The notes: generated from the sequence alone by a model not told the origin. Positions 1-10,871 are shown, numbered from the stretch's first letter. The stretch: 64,000 nt of DNA from an uncultured Chloroflexia bacterium (GCA_963700285.1 CAVOXA010000001.1:1504001-1568000), one strand, 5' to 3'. Numbers and translations are program-made.

Positions 1-803
1 TTCCATAGGTGTAGCCGCTAAAGAGCAACAGGCTGCCCCCAGGCCGTACCAACTCTACCGCCTTGGCCGTGATCTCGATGTTGGAGGTAGCGACAACGAC
101 TTTGTCCAGAGACTGGCTGAATCGCTTGCTCAGGTCCACGGTTGTGGCATCCAGCGCCTCGTCCGCGCCCAGCGCTAGGGCAAGTTCGCGGCGCCTGGGC
201 CGCCGTCCGCTGGTGGCCACGTAGCCGAGCCCCCATAAGCTTGGCCAATTGCAGGAAAGTCAGCCCAATGGGCCCGTCACCGATGATCAGCACCCGATCT
301 CCTGGCCCCACGCCACCGGCTCCCTCCAGGGCGTGCAGGGCACAACCTACCAACTCGGTCAGGGCCCCTGCCTTGAGGTCCACCTCCCCTGGCAGGTGGA
401 TCACGCCACCGGCCAATACCATCTGGCTGGGAATCGTCATGTATTCGGCCATGCCGCCGTGAACGGTACAGCCGATGACCTGGGCCCGCTGGCATAGGTT
501 GTCGTAGCCACGAGAACAGGCGGGGCAGATCATGCAGGGGATGAGGGGCGCCAGCGTCACAATGTCACCCGGTGAGTAGCCCTTCACCAGCTTGCCCACC
601 TCGGTGACCACGGCGGCGATCTCGTGGCCCAGGATCACGGGGTTGATGTAGCGTGGCGTCGGCCCGGTGAAAAACATGCGCTGGTCGGAGCCGCAGATGC
701 CGCAGGTCAAGATCCGGATGCGTAGACCAAAGGGCTCTAGGGGCGGCATCTCTATCTCTTCCAACCTCAGATCCTCCTGGCCATAGAGTAGGGCTGCCTT
801 CAT
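1..803 (-). CDS. Zn-dependent sugar-alcohol (MDR family) dehydrogenase; runs off window, one frameshift near 227
   Basis: Start MKAALLYG at 803; CGICGSD, GHE, CxxCxxCx7C and GDGPIG motifs. After MGA a shifted frame continues YVATSGRRPRRRELALALGADEALDA to the window edge. Confidence 0.85.
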
Positions 804-1435
804 GATCCATTCTCCCTTTTCGTATCCGCGACTGGGGACAAGGCCTGGCCGACAGCTCCGCCAGGATGGGCCTGGCCGAGATGCTCCAGCGTGTAGCCCT
901 TGGCCTCCAATACAACGGCGCTCAAAGCATCGCACATGGCCGAATAGGCGATGGTACTGGTCGTCGCTACAAAGCCCATCAACTCGAACTCGGCCCGGCT
1001 TTGAATGGGCAAGACGTGGCGGCAGATGCGAGCCAGCGTCGAGTCGACGTTGTGGACAAAAGCGATGGTGGTGACCTGGCGCTGGTTGGCAACCTCGGCC
1101 ATCCCTATCACCTCGCCGCTCTCGCCGCCCCGCGACATGGTTACCAGTACGTCATCCGGCGTCATGACCGCCGAGTGGCCGTGCAGGCCATCGGAGGGAG
1201 GTAGGAACATGGATCGCGCGCCGCAGTCGGTCAGGATGTGGGCAAAGCGAGAGCCCACCGCCGCCGACGTGCCGACACCGGTGACCCAGATCAAGCCCGG
1301 GCAATCGGCCAGAAGCTGGACGCAGGTCCAAAAGGCATCGCCCAGCCCTTCGGACAAGGCTTCAATGGCAGCAACATGCTGGGCCATGGTTTGCCGGCCA
1401 AGTCGTAGCATCGTGCTGCGATCCAAATCCGTCAA
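800..1435 (-). CDS. SIS-domain sugar-phosphate isomerase (KpsF/GutQ-like, no CBS domains)
   Basis: VTGVGTSAAVG, HG, MSRGGES, ATTSTIA..DAL, HPGGAVG motifs; overlaps the dehydrogenase start. Confidence 0.85.
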   Translation of the reverse strand: MTDLDRSTMLRLGRQTMAQHVAAIEALSEGLGDAFWTCVQLLADCPGLIWVTGVGTSAAVGSRFAHILTDCGARSMFLPPSDGLHGHSAVMTPDDVLVTMSRGGESGEVIGMAEVANQRQVTTIAFVHNVDSTLARICRHVLPIQSRAEFELMGFVATTSTIAYSAMCDALSAVVLEAKGYTLEHLGQAHPGGAVGQALSPVADTKRENGS

Positions 1436-1570
1436 ATCCTATGCCTCCAGACTCTTGTCGTTGTACGTTCCTCAGCGCTTCTCAATGATGCCGCGATGGG
1501 TCCAGTACTCGTGAAAGGCCAGCCAAAGGACCTTCACCCCGAAACCCTGGGCGCTCTTCACACAGGTCCC

Positions 1571-2350
1571 TCATACCAGAATGACCTCTACACCTTGCTT
1601 GCGCAGGGTATGCACAAAATCGGCTGGAGCCTGGCTGTCTGTGACTAGCTTGTCGATGCGATTCAGAGGAAGGATGGTAGTCAGGCCGATCACGCCGATC
1701 TTGCTCGAGTCGCCCACGACGATGATCTCTGATGAAACGTTGACCATGACCCGGTCCACTTCGGCTTCCAGTAGATTGGCCGTGGTCACTCCATTGGAAA
1801 AGGTCAGGCCGTCTGTGCCCAAGAATACCCTGTCGGCGTGTAGAGCCTCCAGGTTGGCGATGGTCTGTGGACCCACGACAATCTCATAGTCGGGCAGAAA
1901 GATACCACCCAACAGGATGAGGTGGACACCTTTCCAGGAACCCAGAGCGCTCACGATGGGCAATGAGGCTGTGATGGCGGTCAGGCCACCATCATTGAGC
2001 AGGTCGCCAGGGATCTTGTGGGCAACCTGCGCCACTGTCGTCCCTGAATCAAAGATAAGGCGGTCGCCAGCCTGGATCATCTGGGCGGCAGCCTGCCCAA
2101 TACGTTCTTTCACCTCCATGTGGCTGCGCATCTTGGACAGGTGCGAAGAACCAAGGGAGACCTGCGGCACTGCCACGGCGCCGCCATGCACCCGCTTGAG
2201 CAGTCCATGGTCCTCCAAGCGGTCCAGGTCCCGCCGGATCGATACTTCCGAAATGCCAAAGCGCTCGCTGAGTTCCGAGACCCTGACGATCTGGCTGTCA
2301 GAAATCTCCTGGACGATCAACTCACGCCGCTTTCCTGCATTCAGGCTCAT
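1571..2350 (-). CDS. DeoR/GlpR family transcriptional regulator
   Basis: HTH SEVSIRRDL..RVHGGA; DSGTT; DSSKIG. Confidence 0.95.
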   Translation of the reverse strand: MSLNAGKRRELIVQEISDSQIVRVSELSERFGISEVSIRRDLDRLEDHGLLKRVHGGAVAVPQVSLGSSHLSKMRSHMEVKERIGQAAAQMIQAGDRLIFDSGTTVAQVAHKIPGDLLNDGGLTAITASLPIVSALGSWKGVHLILLGGIFLPDYEIVVGPQTIANLEALHADRVFLGTDGLTFSNGVTTANLLEAEVDRVMVNVSSEIIVVGDSSKIGVIGLTTILPLNRIDKLVTDSQAPADFVHTLRKQGVEVILV

Positions 2351-2452
2351 GGCTTTGGCCTACCTTGCATATCATGCCAGGGAACGCTCTGCCCAACTAT
2401 CAGCGCATTGTTTCAAAGTGCGCGACTCGATGTTTCGTTTTAGGACGAAGGT

Positions 2453-2481
2453 ATTATACTTTATTTTCGTTTTGTTGTCAA
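2453..2481 (-). promoter_or_regulatory. sigma70-type promoter for the DeoR operon
   Basis: Exact TTGACA-17-TATAAT on the minus strand. Confidence 0.8.
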
Positions 2482-2585
2482 GTCCCTAGCCGAATGTTTC
2501 GGATATTCGACCAGGACTTTCGTTTGGGGATATGATGGGAGGGGATGCAGCCGTTCTTTGAAGGCAGGCGGGGGTTCCTGCCCTA

Positions 2586-3686
2586 CTACCGGTAGTGGTC
2601 GACAATGCGCAGCATCCGGTCGAATTGTGACTCCATCTCCTGAACCAGCTTGAACTGAGTGCGGCAGCGATCCAGGTTATGGTTCTGCCTGTGGATCTTG
2701 AAGTAGATGTCTCCGTCCAGATGATCGGCCAAAAAGCGCATGCCACATTCAAAGGTCATCAGCCTGGCCGAAAAGGCGAGATAGTCCAGTTCCGTCTGCG
2801 TCAGAAACTCTCTGGAGGTATCCAGGTAGCCGTGGCTCAGGTACTCAAAGATCTCCATGTCAAAGGCCACCTTTGCCAGATCCTGCTCATCCTCGGCGGC
2901 GGTGTTGGCAGCGGCTCGTACCGCGTCGCCAAAGTCATAGAGCGCCGAACCGGGCATGACGGTGTCCAGGTCGATGACACAGACAGCCTCGCCTGTTTCG
3001 TCGTCGATCATAACATTGTTGAATTTGGTATCGTTGTGCGTGACCCGTTCTGGCAGCAGGCCCTGCGCCAAGAGGTCGACCAAGATGGGCATTTCTCCTA
3101 CCCGCTGCTCCACAAAGTCGATCTCGGGCCGTACTGTACTTGCACGGTTGGCCGCGTCCCGTTCCACTGCGCTGACAAAAGCTTCGTAGCGCCGTTGCGT
3201 ATGGTGAAAGTTTGGGATGGTCTCATGCAGGCGGTCCGCTGGAAAATCGGCCAGCATTTTCTGAAAACTACCGAATGCTCTTGCGGCGTGGTAGACGTGT
3301 TGTGGGCTCTCTGCCACTTCGTAGGCCTGAGCCTTTTCGATCAGGATGAAGGCTCGCCAATAGTTGCCGTCAGCGGTCCTGCAGTAGGTGCCGCCGGAAA
3401 AGGTAGGAATCAAAGAGAGTGCTTCACGCTGCGGGTCGCCGCCAGCATTCTTGATCTTTTCCTGGAGGTGACGGATCACGCACTCGATATTCGCCATAAG
3501 CTCTTCTGGTCGCTGGAAAACATCGTGATTGATGCGCTGGAGAAGGTAGCGGTGCTTGGCGCCGTTTTGCCTCTTGAATTCGGCTGCGTAGGTGTCATTG
3601 ATATGTCCAGTTCCGTAGGCATAGGCTCTCAGAAACTCGCCTTCAAAGCGAAAGCACTGGACAATGTCCGGGAAATCGGGTGTCAT
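2586..3686 (-). CDS. APH-family phosphotransferase, N-acetylhexosamine 1-kinase-like
   Basis: GTGHINDTY, LQRIN, HNDTKFNN, VIDLDT motifs; start taken at MTPDF. Confidence 0.85.
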   Translation of the reverse strand: MTPDFPDIVQCFRFEGEFLRAYAYGTGHINDTYAAEFKRQNGAKHRYLLQRINHDVFQRPEELMANIECVIRHLQEKIKNAGGDPQREALSLIPTFSGGTYCRTADGNYWRAFILIEKAQAYEVAESPQHVYHAARAFGSFQKMLADFPADRLHETIPNFHHTQRRYEAFVSAVERDAANRASTVRPEIDFVEQRVGEMPILVDLLAQGLLPERVTHNDTKFNNVMIDDETGEAVCVIDLDTVMPGSALYDFGDAVRAAANTAAEDEQDLAKVAFDMEIFEYLSHGYLDTSREFLTQTELDYLAFSARLMTFECGMRFLADHLDGDIYFKIHRQNHNLDRCRTQFKLVQEMESQFDRMLRIVDHYR

Positions 3687-3897
3687 GAGTCTTCTGTCAC
3701 CTTCAATTGGCTGGGTTGGCGAAACCATTCTGTACCACCGTGCACTCCTCGTCGGCGAGTCTCTTGCAAGGCAGGTACGTTCCTTGCCCTGAGCACGGGT
3801 GGTCTGCGTCCCCAGTTTACCACAAGAGCAGAACTGGGCCAAATCTTGCCCTATCCTGGAGAAGGGAGTATACTGGGGCCACCATCTGGAGGCAAAG

Positions 3898-4416
3898 ATG
3901 AACATCCCAACGATCACAACGCAAAGACTGATGCTCCGCGCTTTTACGGCGGAGGACGCCGATCCCCTCCACCGCATCATGGGCGAGAAGGGGGTTCTTG
4001 CTTACTTTCCCAACCAGGACCCTCCATCGCTGCAGAGAACACAGAAGCTGGTCTGTGGCCAGCTTGCGCATTGGACAGAGCATGGCTATGGCTGGTGGGC
4101 TGTTGAGCTGCGCACGGAGTCGGGGCTGGTCGGCTGGGCCGGGCTGCAGTACCTGCCAGACACCGACGAGACAGAAGTTGCCTATTTCCTGGAAAAGAAG
4201 TACTGGGGGCAGGGGTTGGGTACCGAGGCTGCCCAGGCCGGACTGCAGTTTGGCTTTGGGGAGTTGGGCCTGGCGCGCATCGTGGGCATTGTGCATCCAG
4301 ACAACATCGCCTCCCAGCGTGTGCTGGAAAAGGCGGGAATGCAGTTTGTCGAGCGGACCCGATACTTTGGGATGGATTGCTACCGCTACCTGATTACCGA
4401 AAACCACGAGGAGTGA
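3898..4416 (+). CDS. RimJ/RimL-type GNAT acetyltransferase
   Basis: TQRLMLR, WGQGLGTEA, NIASQRVLEKAG; GGAGG RBS before ATG 3898. Confidence 0.9.
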   Translation: MNIPTITTQRLMLRAFTAEDADPLHRIMGEKGVLAYFPNQDPPSLQRTQKLVCGQLAHWTEHGYGWWAVELRTESGLVGWAGLQYLPDTDETEVAYFLEKKYWGQGLGTEAAQAGLQFGFGELGLARIVGIVHPDNIASQRVLEKAGMQFVERTRYFGMDCYRYLITENHEE

Positions 4417-4475
4417 GTCTGCTCAAATGCAAAAGAAAACGTTCGCTATTTGAGCAGGTCTCACTCCCAAGGTGT

Positions 4476-5579
4476 TTACGTGCTGGACTTGCCGAACCAG
4501 CCGCCGACCTCGGAGCGGATCCCCACCGCTTGCTCGCTGGGGCCGGCTACCCAGGCCCCGAGGGCTACCAGTAAGCCCAGGATCCCCAACAGTACCGTCT
4601 GCCAGATGAGTCCGTTCAAGACCACGTCCCAGATTTCGTCGGCCAGCGCCCGGATCAGGGGATCAAGGATCCCTGCCAGAACGGCAGGCTGGGCGATGGC
4701 AATCACTACCAAGCTCAGTGCCGCGGTGATGACGACCCCAATACCGATCCACATGAGCGTGCGGCGGCGCCACAATGATAGGAGCCAGGCCACCACAAAC
4801 GTGACCAGTGCCAGCAGAGGCAGCAGGGTGCCCACCGTGTCGATGGCGGCCAGCACCTGCTGGACGAGGGCAACCTGCTGGCTCGTAAAGAGTACAATCT
4901 TGCCGGGGGCCTCCTCGCCAGTGAACAGTCCCAGATTCTGAAGGCCTAGAGTGTTCTCAATCGATGCAAATACGTCGCTGAGGTCGAAAGTGAGCGCGCC
5001 GTCCTCGAGGTAGAGGAGCGACCGGTCGCCGCGTAGTGCTTCCATGGCTACAGCGTGGGCCGCGCGGTTGGCGGTGACCCAGACGGCGTTGAACTGGTCG
5101 CTCTGGATCAGTTTGGTCACCGAATCGCCGGCCAGATCCCGCAGTACCCCGACCAGAGGACCGCTCAATACGGCGAATTCCTCAGGCAGCGCCTCCTGCG
5201 CCGCACCTTCGACGTCAACTGCGTGAAAGATCTCGCCGACCACGTAGACGCTCAGCGTGCCGGCTACGACCTCGCTCCGGGGCAACGGTGCCACGGTGGA
5301 CACCCACGTGTCGGTGTCCAGCACCACATCCCTTACCCATAGCGCGGCATTGCCGCCGGCCAAAAGGACGCAGCCAAGGAGGATCAATAGACCAACTACC
5401 CAGCGACGGCCGGTATGCTTTGGGGCCTTTTGCTTTGCTTCACCTTCGGCCACCTGTCGCTGTAGATCTGCGACTTGGGCATGGAGCGCTTCGACGTCCA
5501 CTGGTTCAGCCGTTGCCGGCTGTTCCTCTGGGGCGCCTGCCGCTTCCGACGATTCGGGAAACATCTGTTTGTTTGACAT
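4476..5579 (-). CDS. Hypothetical integral membrane protein (1 TM + extracellular domain + 3 TM)
   Basis: Hydrophobic segments; purine-rich RBS before MSNKQ. Confidence 0.75.
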   Translation of the reverse strand: MSNKQMFPESSEAAGAPEEQPATAEPVDVEALHAQVADLQRQVAEGEAKQKAPKHTGRRWVVGLLILLGCVLLAGGNAALWVRDVVLDTDTWVSTVAPLPRSEVVAGTLSVYVVGEIFHAVDVEGAAQEALPEEFAVLSGPLVGVLRDLAGDSVTKLIQSDQFNAVWVTANRAAHAVAMEALRGDRSLLYLEDGALTFDLSDVFASIENTLGLQNLGLFTGEEAPGKIVLFTSQQVALVQQVLAAIDTVGTLLPLLALVTFVVAWLLSLWRRRTLMWIGIGVVITAALSLVVIAIAQPAVLAGILDPLIRALADEIWDVVLNGLIWQTVLLGILGLLVALGAWVAGPSEQAVGIRSEVGGWFGKSST

Positions 5580-5643
5580 AATCTCTTCTCCTCTCGTGGT
5601 GATACTCTGCCTTACGTGACACCTCAGAGCCGGGGCTCGCCTT

Positions 5644-5684
5644 GTGTTTGGGCTGGGAAGGCTCAACCTTCCCAGCCCAAACAC
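5644..5684. terminator. Perfect 18-bp hairpin after the first SBP fusion gene
   Basis: GTGTTTGGGCTGGGAAGG-ctcaa-CCTTCCCAGCCCAAACAC; no clear U-tract. Confidence 0.6.
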
Positions 5685-5689
5685 TGCTT

Positions 5690-8215
5690 CTAGCGCTGAA
5701 CGAACTCGATTGTGACTTGGCCGCCAGATTTTAGGTACAACTGGCCGGCTTCCAGTGTGTAACTATCGGCTGACTCCAGATTGTTCAGGAATGCCTCTTC
5801 CTGCTCCATGATCCCCTTGGGTGACTCACACATCGAACGAGATGCCGAAAGCTTCTTGATGCGCAGGTCGTTGCCATCGATCTCGTAGCGAGCGCTATAG
5901 CTGTTGCAGCCACCAGAACCACTGAGATCGCTGCCCTCGCCAAAAACCGCCGTCAGGCTCGTCCCCGGTAGGGGCTGCTCCATCCCATTGGTGGCGGGAT
6001 TGTAGTAAAAAGTGGCCGCCCATGATGTTCCGGCCAGCGGATTGGTGGGCTGGTCCTCGCTGACAGTGACCGTCTGCTCCTGCCTGTCGCGCTTGTCGTT
6101 GGCGTTGTAGGCGATGACGGCGTAGACCGGCTCGCCGGCATCGGTGGGACAGTCCTGAAGGCTGCCGCTGAGAGGGGCATTGTCTTCTAGCTCGGTGTCA
6201 TCGCGGAGGATGGAGACCCAGGTCGTACCGCCGCTTGTGCTCCAGGAGATGGTAACGCACTCACCGACCGTGATCTCGCCCGGCTGTACGCCAAAGGAGT
6301 CGATCACAGGGTCTGAGGGCACGGCTGTCGGCTCCACAGTAGGCTGCGGTGTAGGAACTGGCGTTGCCGTAGGCTGATCAGGCTGCACGACGTTGATCGC
6401 CTGCTGCTGGCCTGTGCTGCCGCCAGGCCCTACGGCCTCGATACGATAGGTTACCGTGCCGGTCCCGGGCGGGCAGTCTTCCAGGTCTCCGCGAAGGGGG
6501 GCGCCCTCCCACAGTGGGGCATTGTTCGCATAGACGGAAACCTTGTCCACGTCACCCTCCACATTCCAGGTGATGTCAACGCACTGGCCAATGTTGATCT
6601 GCCTGGGAGGCGTGACGCTGAACTCCTTGATGACAGGGGCTCCGGCGGCTGGCTTCACCGTGATGGCGATCTGCTGTACCTCCACTGAGCCATCATGGTG
6701 GACGATTCTCAGATAGTAGGTGGTGGTTTCGGCTGGGCACTCTTGCCGGCGATCCTCGCCGGCCACGCCATTGTTCTGCCAGTCCTGGCCCTCAGCATAG
6801 AAATAGACTGCCTGGACGTTGTCGACTGCCCAGGAGAACACCACGCACTCGCCCGCCGTGATCTCTGTCCGGTCAACCGTGAACATAACTCCGGGTGCTG
6901 GCGTCTGAGTTGGGATTGCCGTGGCTGCCGGAACCACCTTGATGGCCACGGGCAGGCGTTCACCAAATGCCTGTCCGCTCCCATTCTCCATCTGCCAGTA
7001 GCCCACATAGGTATCTGGCTTCTGCGGCGCGACCAGGTTCACCTGGATGTCGTAAATCCCTCCGGGAGTCACCTTTCCCTTCACGGCTACTGGCTGGCCG
7101 CCCATGATTGCCGCTGGTTTGTTGCCGTTGGAATAGACAAGCCTGTAGGAGCTATCCCAGGTACAGGTGCCGGTGTTCTTGACCCTCCAGGTCTTGGTAA
7201 AGGCCTGTCCGGGGTTCTTCAAAGGTGGATCTGCGACAGGGTCGCCCTGCGTGTCGATGTGCTGCAGGAATTCCAGGGCATCGACACATGCCGGTACAGG
7301 TCCCGGTGTGCTGGTGGCAGCCGGCGTCGGCGTGGGCAAGAGCTGACCCAGGTCCAGGTTCAAGTACAGTTTGGCCAGTTGCTCCACGACGCCCTCTTCG
7401 AACATTCCTGCCATAACGCGATCCAGCTCTGCCTTCAGTGATTGGGCTCCCTTGGGCAGGGCCACAGCATAGTGCTGAACGTCTAGGCCTTTGCCGACGA
7501 GCGTTACGCCGCCCTGCTCCACGGCAGCCCCGGCTGGTTGTAGGTCCATGACCACCAGATCCACGCGTCCCTGCTCCAGGTCCCGTACGGCGTCACTGGC
7601 CTTCGCATAGGTTTTCAGATTGTCCTGGGGCATCTGGCCCGTGTCCACAAGAACGGTCTGCAGCCAGTTTTCGTATACGCTGGCGCGCTGAACGCCGACA
7701 AGGTAACCGGCCATCTCTCCGACCGAGTTGATGGCAGTGATGGGTGATCCCTTGGCTGCCAGGATGCCGTCCTGACCAACCAGGTAAACGGTCGTAAAAT
7801 CCACCATGGCCTCTCGCTCCGGCGTGATGGAAATGGCGGCAATAACGGCGTCGACCTGCCCAACCTGTAGGGCGCCGACGAGCCCGTCGAAGGCAAAGTT
7901 GCGATACTCAACCTCAATCCCTAGCCGGCGGCCCATCTCATCCATCAGGGCGATGTCAAAACCGTCGATCTGGGTGTCGTTGGCCATATATTCGTATGGC
8001 GGATAGTCGGCCGAGGTGCCGACGACGATCTTGCCCGCGTCCTGGACCCGCTGCCAGGACGTATCTTCGTCCGGAGACGGAGGGCCGGCCGTCGGCGTCG
8101 CCTGGCCGTTGCCCCCGATCAGTGAGTTTACAATGAAATAACCTGCGAGACAGCCCACGACCACGACCACCAGGGCCAAGACGGCTATGAGCACGATCTG
8201 CATTGTTCTAGACAT
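5690..8215 (-). CDS. Membrane-anchored family-3 solute-binding domain + NBR1-Ig-like + three Cys-paired Ig-like modules + META domain (paralog 1)
   Basis: ADYPPYEY, GFDI, ISITPER; FTKTWRVKNTGTCTW; C-V-x3-W...E/DCP x3; GSGGCNSY..SRSMC..MEQE. Confidence 0.85.
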   Translation of the reverse strand: MSRTMQIVLIAVLALVVVVVGCLAGYFIVNSLIGGNGQATPTAGPPSPDEDTSWQRVQDAGKIVVGTSADYPPYEYMANDTQIDGFDIALMDEMGRRLGIEVEYRNFAFDGLVGALQVGQVDAVIAAISITPEREAMVDFTTVYLVGQDGILAAKGSPITAINSVGEMAGYLVGVQRASVYENWLQTVLVDTGQMPQDNLKTYAKASDAVRDLEQGRVDLVVMDLQPAGAAVEQGGVTLVGKGLDVQHYAVALPKGAQSLKAELDRVMAGMFEEGVVEQLAKLYLNLDLGQLLPTPTPAATSTPGPVPACVDALEFLQHIDTQGDPVADPPLKNPGQAFTKTWRVKNTGTCTWDSSYRLVYSNGNKPAAIMGGQPVAVKGKVTPGGIYDIQVNLVAPQKPDTYVGYWQMENGSGQAFGERLPVAIKVVPAATAIPTQTPAPGVMFTVDRTEITAGECVVFSWAVDNVQAVYFYAEGQDWQNNGVAGEDRRQECPAETTTYYLRIVHHDGSVEVQQIAITVKPAAGAPVIKEFSVTPPRQINIGQCVDITWNVEGDVDKVSVYANNAPLWEGAPLRGDLEDCPPGTGTVTYRIEAVGPGGSTGQQQAINVVQPDQPTATPVPTPQPTVEPTAVPSDPVIDSFGVQPGEITVGECVTISWSTSGGTTWVSILRDDTELEDNAPLSGSLQDCPTDAGEPVYAVIAYNANDKRDRQEQTVTVSEDQPTNPLAGTSWAATFYYNPATNGMEQPLPGTSLTAVFGEGSDLSGSGGCNSYSARYEIDGNDLRIKKLSASRSMCESPKGIMEQEEAFLNNLESADSYTLEAGQLYLKSGGQVTIEFVQR

Positions 8216-8283
8216 TTCGATTTTCTCCTTGTAGGTAGTTGCCTGACGGGCATGGCATCGCCGTGCCAGTTAGCTCGCTGCGC

Positions 8284-10161
8284 CTACTGGGCCGGGACAA
8301 AGGACATCGTACCGCTGTCTGCAGGCAGGTCCAGGTACAGGTTTTCGCCATCAAAGAAGTAGATGACGGCCTCGTTCAGGTACTGAACGAACTTGTCGCT
8401 CAGCGATTCTGGCGGGCACATGGCCCTGGTCATGGCCATGATCTCGATATCGATGCTCCCGCTGGATCCCTTTCCGGCGTTCTCAGAGGTATAAGAGCCG
8501 TTGCCCTGGTTGCAGTCGGCCTTGGCGCTGACACTGCCGTCGTTCCTGAATTCGACCGTGTACTGCGTCGGGTCGTCCACCGTGAGCTTGCTCAAGGGGT
8601 CCGAAAAAGCGATCCATTGCCAGACCACGCCGGTGAGCGCCGGCTCAGCACTCGCGCCTGTTCCCGAGGTCTCTACGAGCTGGTCGCCTTCTAGGGCATA
8701 GGTCTGTACCATCTGTTGCGTGGGGCAGCACATCGGGTCATCTGGCCCGTGGGTGACCATGTCGACCACGATTTCGTTATTCTCAATGACCACGGAGTTG
8801 ATCTGGACGCGGTCGCCCAGCGACGTGGTAGCTACATTCACTGGCTCGCCGTTCTGCTCCACGACAGCGGCCAGATCCATGTAGGTTCCACTGCCGCCAC
8901 CAGAGCTGGCCAGTACCACCGCCGCGGCCGGCTGGCCATTCAGCTCTCCATAGGCGATGGGGTCCACCACTTGGACGACGATCTCCGAGGCCGAGTCTGG
9001 TGCGGCCGGCGCACGGTACTCGCCGTCGGTCAGTTCGACCGTGCCCGATTCGGTCCATTCCGACTGGTAGGTCATGTTCTTCAGGGTACTCTCGTCCAGT
9101 CCGGCGGCCTCAGCCTTAGCTACCAGGGTCACAACCCGCGTGCCCTCCGAATCCTTAATCTCCAGCTCATTGCCCTTGATCTCGTAGGTTGCGGCTGACT
9201 CCAACGCCTGCAAGTAGGCAGCCTCCTGTTCCATGGTACCCTCAGGCTCGCCGCAGAACATGCGTGTGGTCACTGCGGGGCCGATAGAGATGCCGCCGCG
9301 CGCTGCATTGCCACTGCTGTCGAGTTCGTAGGAGGTTGTATAGTTGTTACAGCCCGCCGAGCCGGTCAGGCTTCCGTCCTCGCCAAACGTGGCCGTGATC
9401 GCGGTACCTAGAAGGACCGATGTATAACCACCCTTGCCATTGTTGTACATGAGCACATCCCAATCCGTACCCACGAGGGGGGTGGTTTGCTGGACCCGAT
9501 ACTGGAGGATTGTGTCACCGGTTGCATTCGCGATCCGGAGCTCGTCTCCTTCGATGTAGTAATATGCCGAACTGCCCAGAGCCGCCATGTACTCCTGCTC
9601 CTGCTCCATGACCTCTTCGGGGCCGCAATACATCATGGTCATAGCGCCAACACCGATAGCGATCTTGGCTCCGTCTATTGTGTACTGGCCTGTGTACGAG
9701 TTGCAGCCCGCATTCCCGCCCAACTGCCCATCCGCAAAGAGGACGGTGATCTGTGTATCGGGCTGCAGAGCGGTTGGCTGGCCGGCACTATTGACGTACA
9801 GTTCCAGAACCCAGGTCGTACCCTCCAGATCTCTCTGCTTGCTCACGATTTCGAGCAGGATCCAGCGGATGGAAGAGGCGTCAGCAGGTGGATTCTCTAC
9901 TTTCTGTTTCTGCACCAGCAGCTCGTATTCGAAGCCCGGCTCGTACTCGAAGCCCTGGATCTGGTCGTAGAACAGCGTCCAGTCGTCCTTGGGGTCTTCT
10001 CTGACCAACATGCACATCTGTGGAGCGACGCCTGTGCACGGGACCTGGTGGGACCCGACATAGACCGTCGTACCGGTAGACCTCCCCACGGCGGGGGCGC
10101 ATGCTGCCAGAACTGTGGCTGCCAGGAGCAGCATGCTGACCATCAGTTGAACTCTTTTCAT
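8284..10161 (-). CDS. Lipoprotein with DUF4377-like and three META (HslJ-like) domains
   Basis: Lipobox LAAC; CTGVAPQMC..IQGFEYEPGFEY; GCN/DCN..TxMxC META repeats. Confidence 0.85.
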   Translation of the reverse strand: MKRVQLMVSMLLLAATVLAACAPAVGRSTGTTVYVGSHQVPCTGVAPQMCMLVREDPKDDWTLFYDQIQGFEYEPGFEYELLVQKQKVENPPADASSIRWILLEIVSKQRDLEGTTWVLELYVNSAGQPTALQPDTQITVLFADGQLGGNAGCNSYTGQYTIDGAKIAIGVGAMTMMYCGPEEVMEQEQEYMAALGSSAYYYIEGDELRIANATGDTILQYRVQQTTPLVGTDWDVLMYNNGKGGYTSVLLGTAITATFGEDGSLTGSAGCNNYTTSYELDSSGNAARGGISIGPAVTTRMFCGEPEGTMEQEAAYLQALESAATYEIKGNELEIKDSEGTRVVTLVAKAEAAGLDESTLKNMTYQSEWTESGTVELTDGEYRAPAAPDSASEIVVQVVDPIAYGELNGQPAAAVVLASSGGGSGTYMDLAAVVEQNGEPVNVATTSLGDRVQINSVVIENNEIVVDMVTHGPDDPMCCPTQQMVQTYALEGDQLVETSGTGASAEPALTGVVWQWIAFSDPLSKLTVDDPTQYTVEFRNDGSVSAKADCNQGNGSYTSENAGKGSSGSIDIEIMAMTRAMCPPESLSDKFVQYLNEAVIYFFDGENLYLDLPADSGTMSFVPAQ

Positions 10162-10331
10162 AACAATTCTCCTTTGTTTATGGTAAAACAGCGTTTCCGC
10201 TGCAATCAAACAGCTCTCGTCCACTGAACCCGGACGAGCTTGGCCCGGTGAGCCATGGCAGAAGCCGCTGAGTCACCAGTCAGTACGGACGCAATTGGGC
10301 GTGGAAACGTTCCGCGTGGCTCCTAACGGTC

Positions 10332-10865
10332 TCATGGACCGCGCCGCCGATCTGCCGGCAGCACCTGGGCCAGCTCTTTTGGCTTTTGGGAGCCAATCAA
10401 GATCTCTTTGCCGCTTCGCAGCGTTAGATCCACCCCTTGATTGCCGCTAACGTTATAGGCCCGTTTGCCACCGCCCCACCCGCGAATGCCCCAGCCTCCG
10501 TACTCGCGTATCGGATTGTACTTGCGCACCGCATAACTTTCAATCTCCTCAAAGGGAATGGTACGCGTAAGCACCGGCACGTAGCGGATGTAGATGTGGT
10601 CTTCCCGTACTTCTGTGACGAGCTTTAAGGCGTGGAAAAAGGCAGGGAGCCCAAAACCACAGGCCAGCCAGATGAGCCACATCATCCAATCGGGTGCGGG
10701 ATTGGTACCAAAGGGTTGGCCCAAGACGATCTGCTGGATAAAGCCGTACCAGGTTAGGGCGGCACAACCATAGACCAACAGCCAGACCCACCACTGGCGG
10801 AATCTCTGGACTTCGCGAAAGGCGACACTCCCAACCCGGCTCACTGGGCTCCAATCCTCCCTCAC
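10332..10865 (-). CDS. DUF6141-like membrane protein
   Basis: FREVQRFRQWW, YNPIREYGGWGIR, IGSQKPKEL. Confidence 0.75.
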   Translation of the reverse strand: MREDWSPVSRVGSVAFREVQRFRQWWVWLLVYGCAALTWYGFIQQIVLGQPFGTNPAPDWMMWLIWLACGFGLPAFFHALKLVTEVREDHIYIRYVPVLTRTIPFEEIESYAVRKYNPIREYGGWGIRGWGGGKRAYNVSGNQGVDLTLRSGKEILIGSQKPKELAQVLPADRRRGP

Positions 10866-10871
10866 TCAACC

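Noticed and set aside
1472-1561. 29-codon ORF between DeoR and SIS genes
   Set aside because: Too short to assign; only counted as a possible remnant
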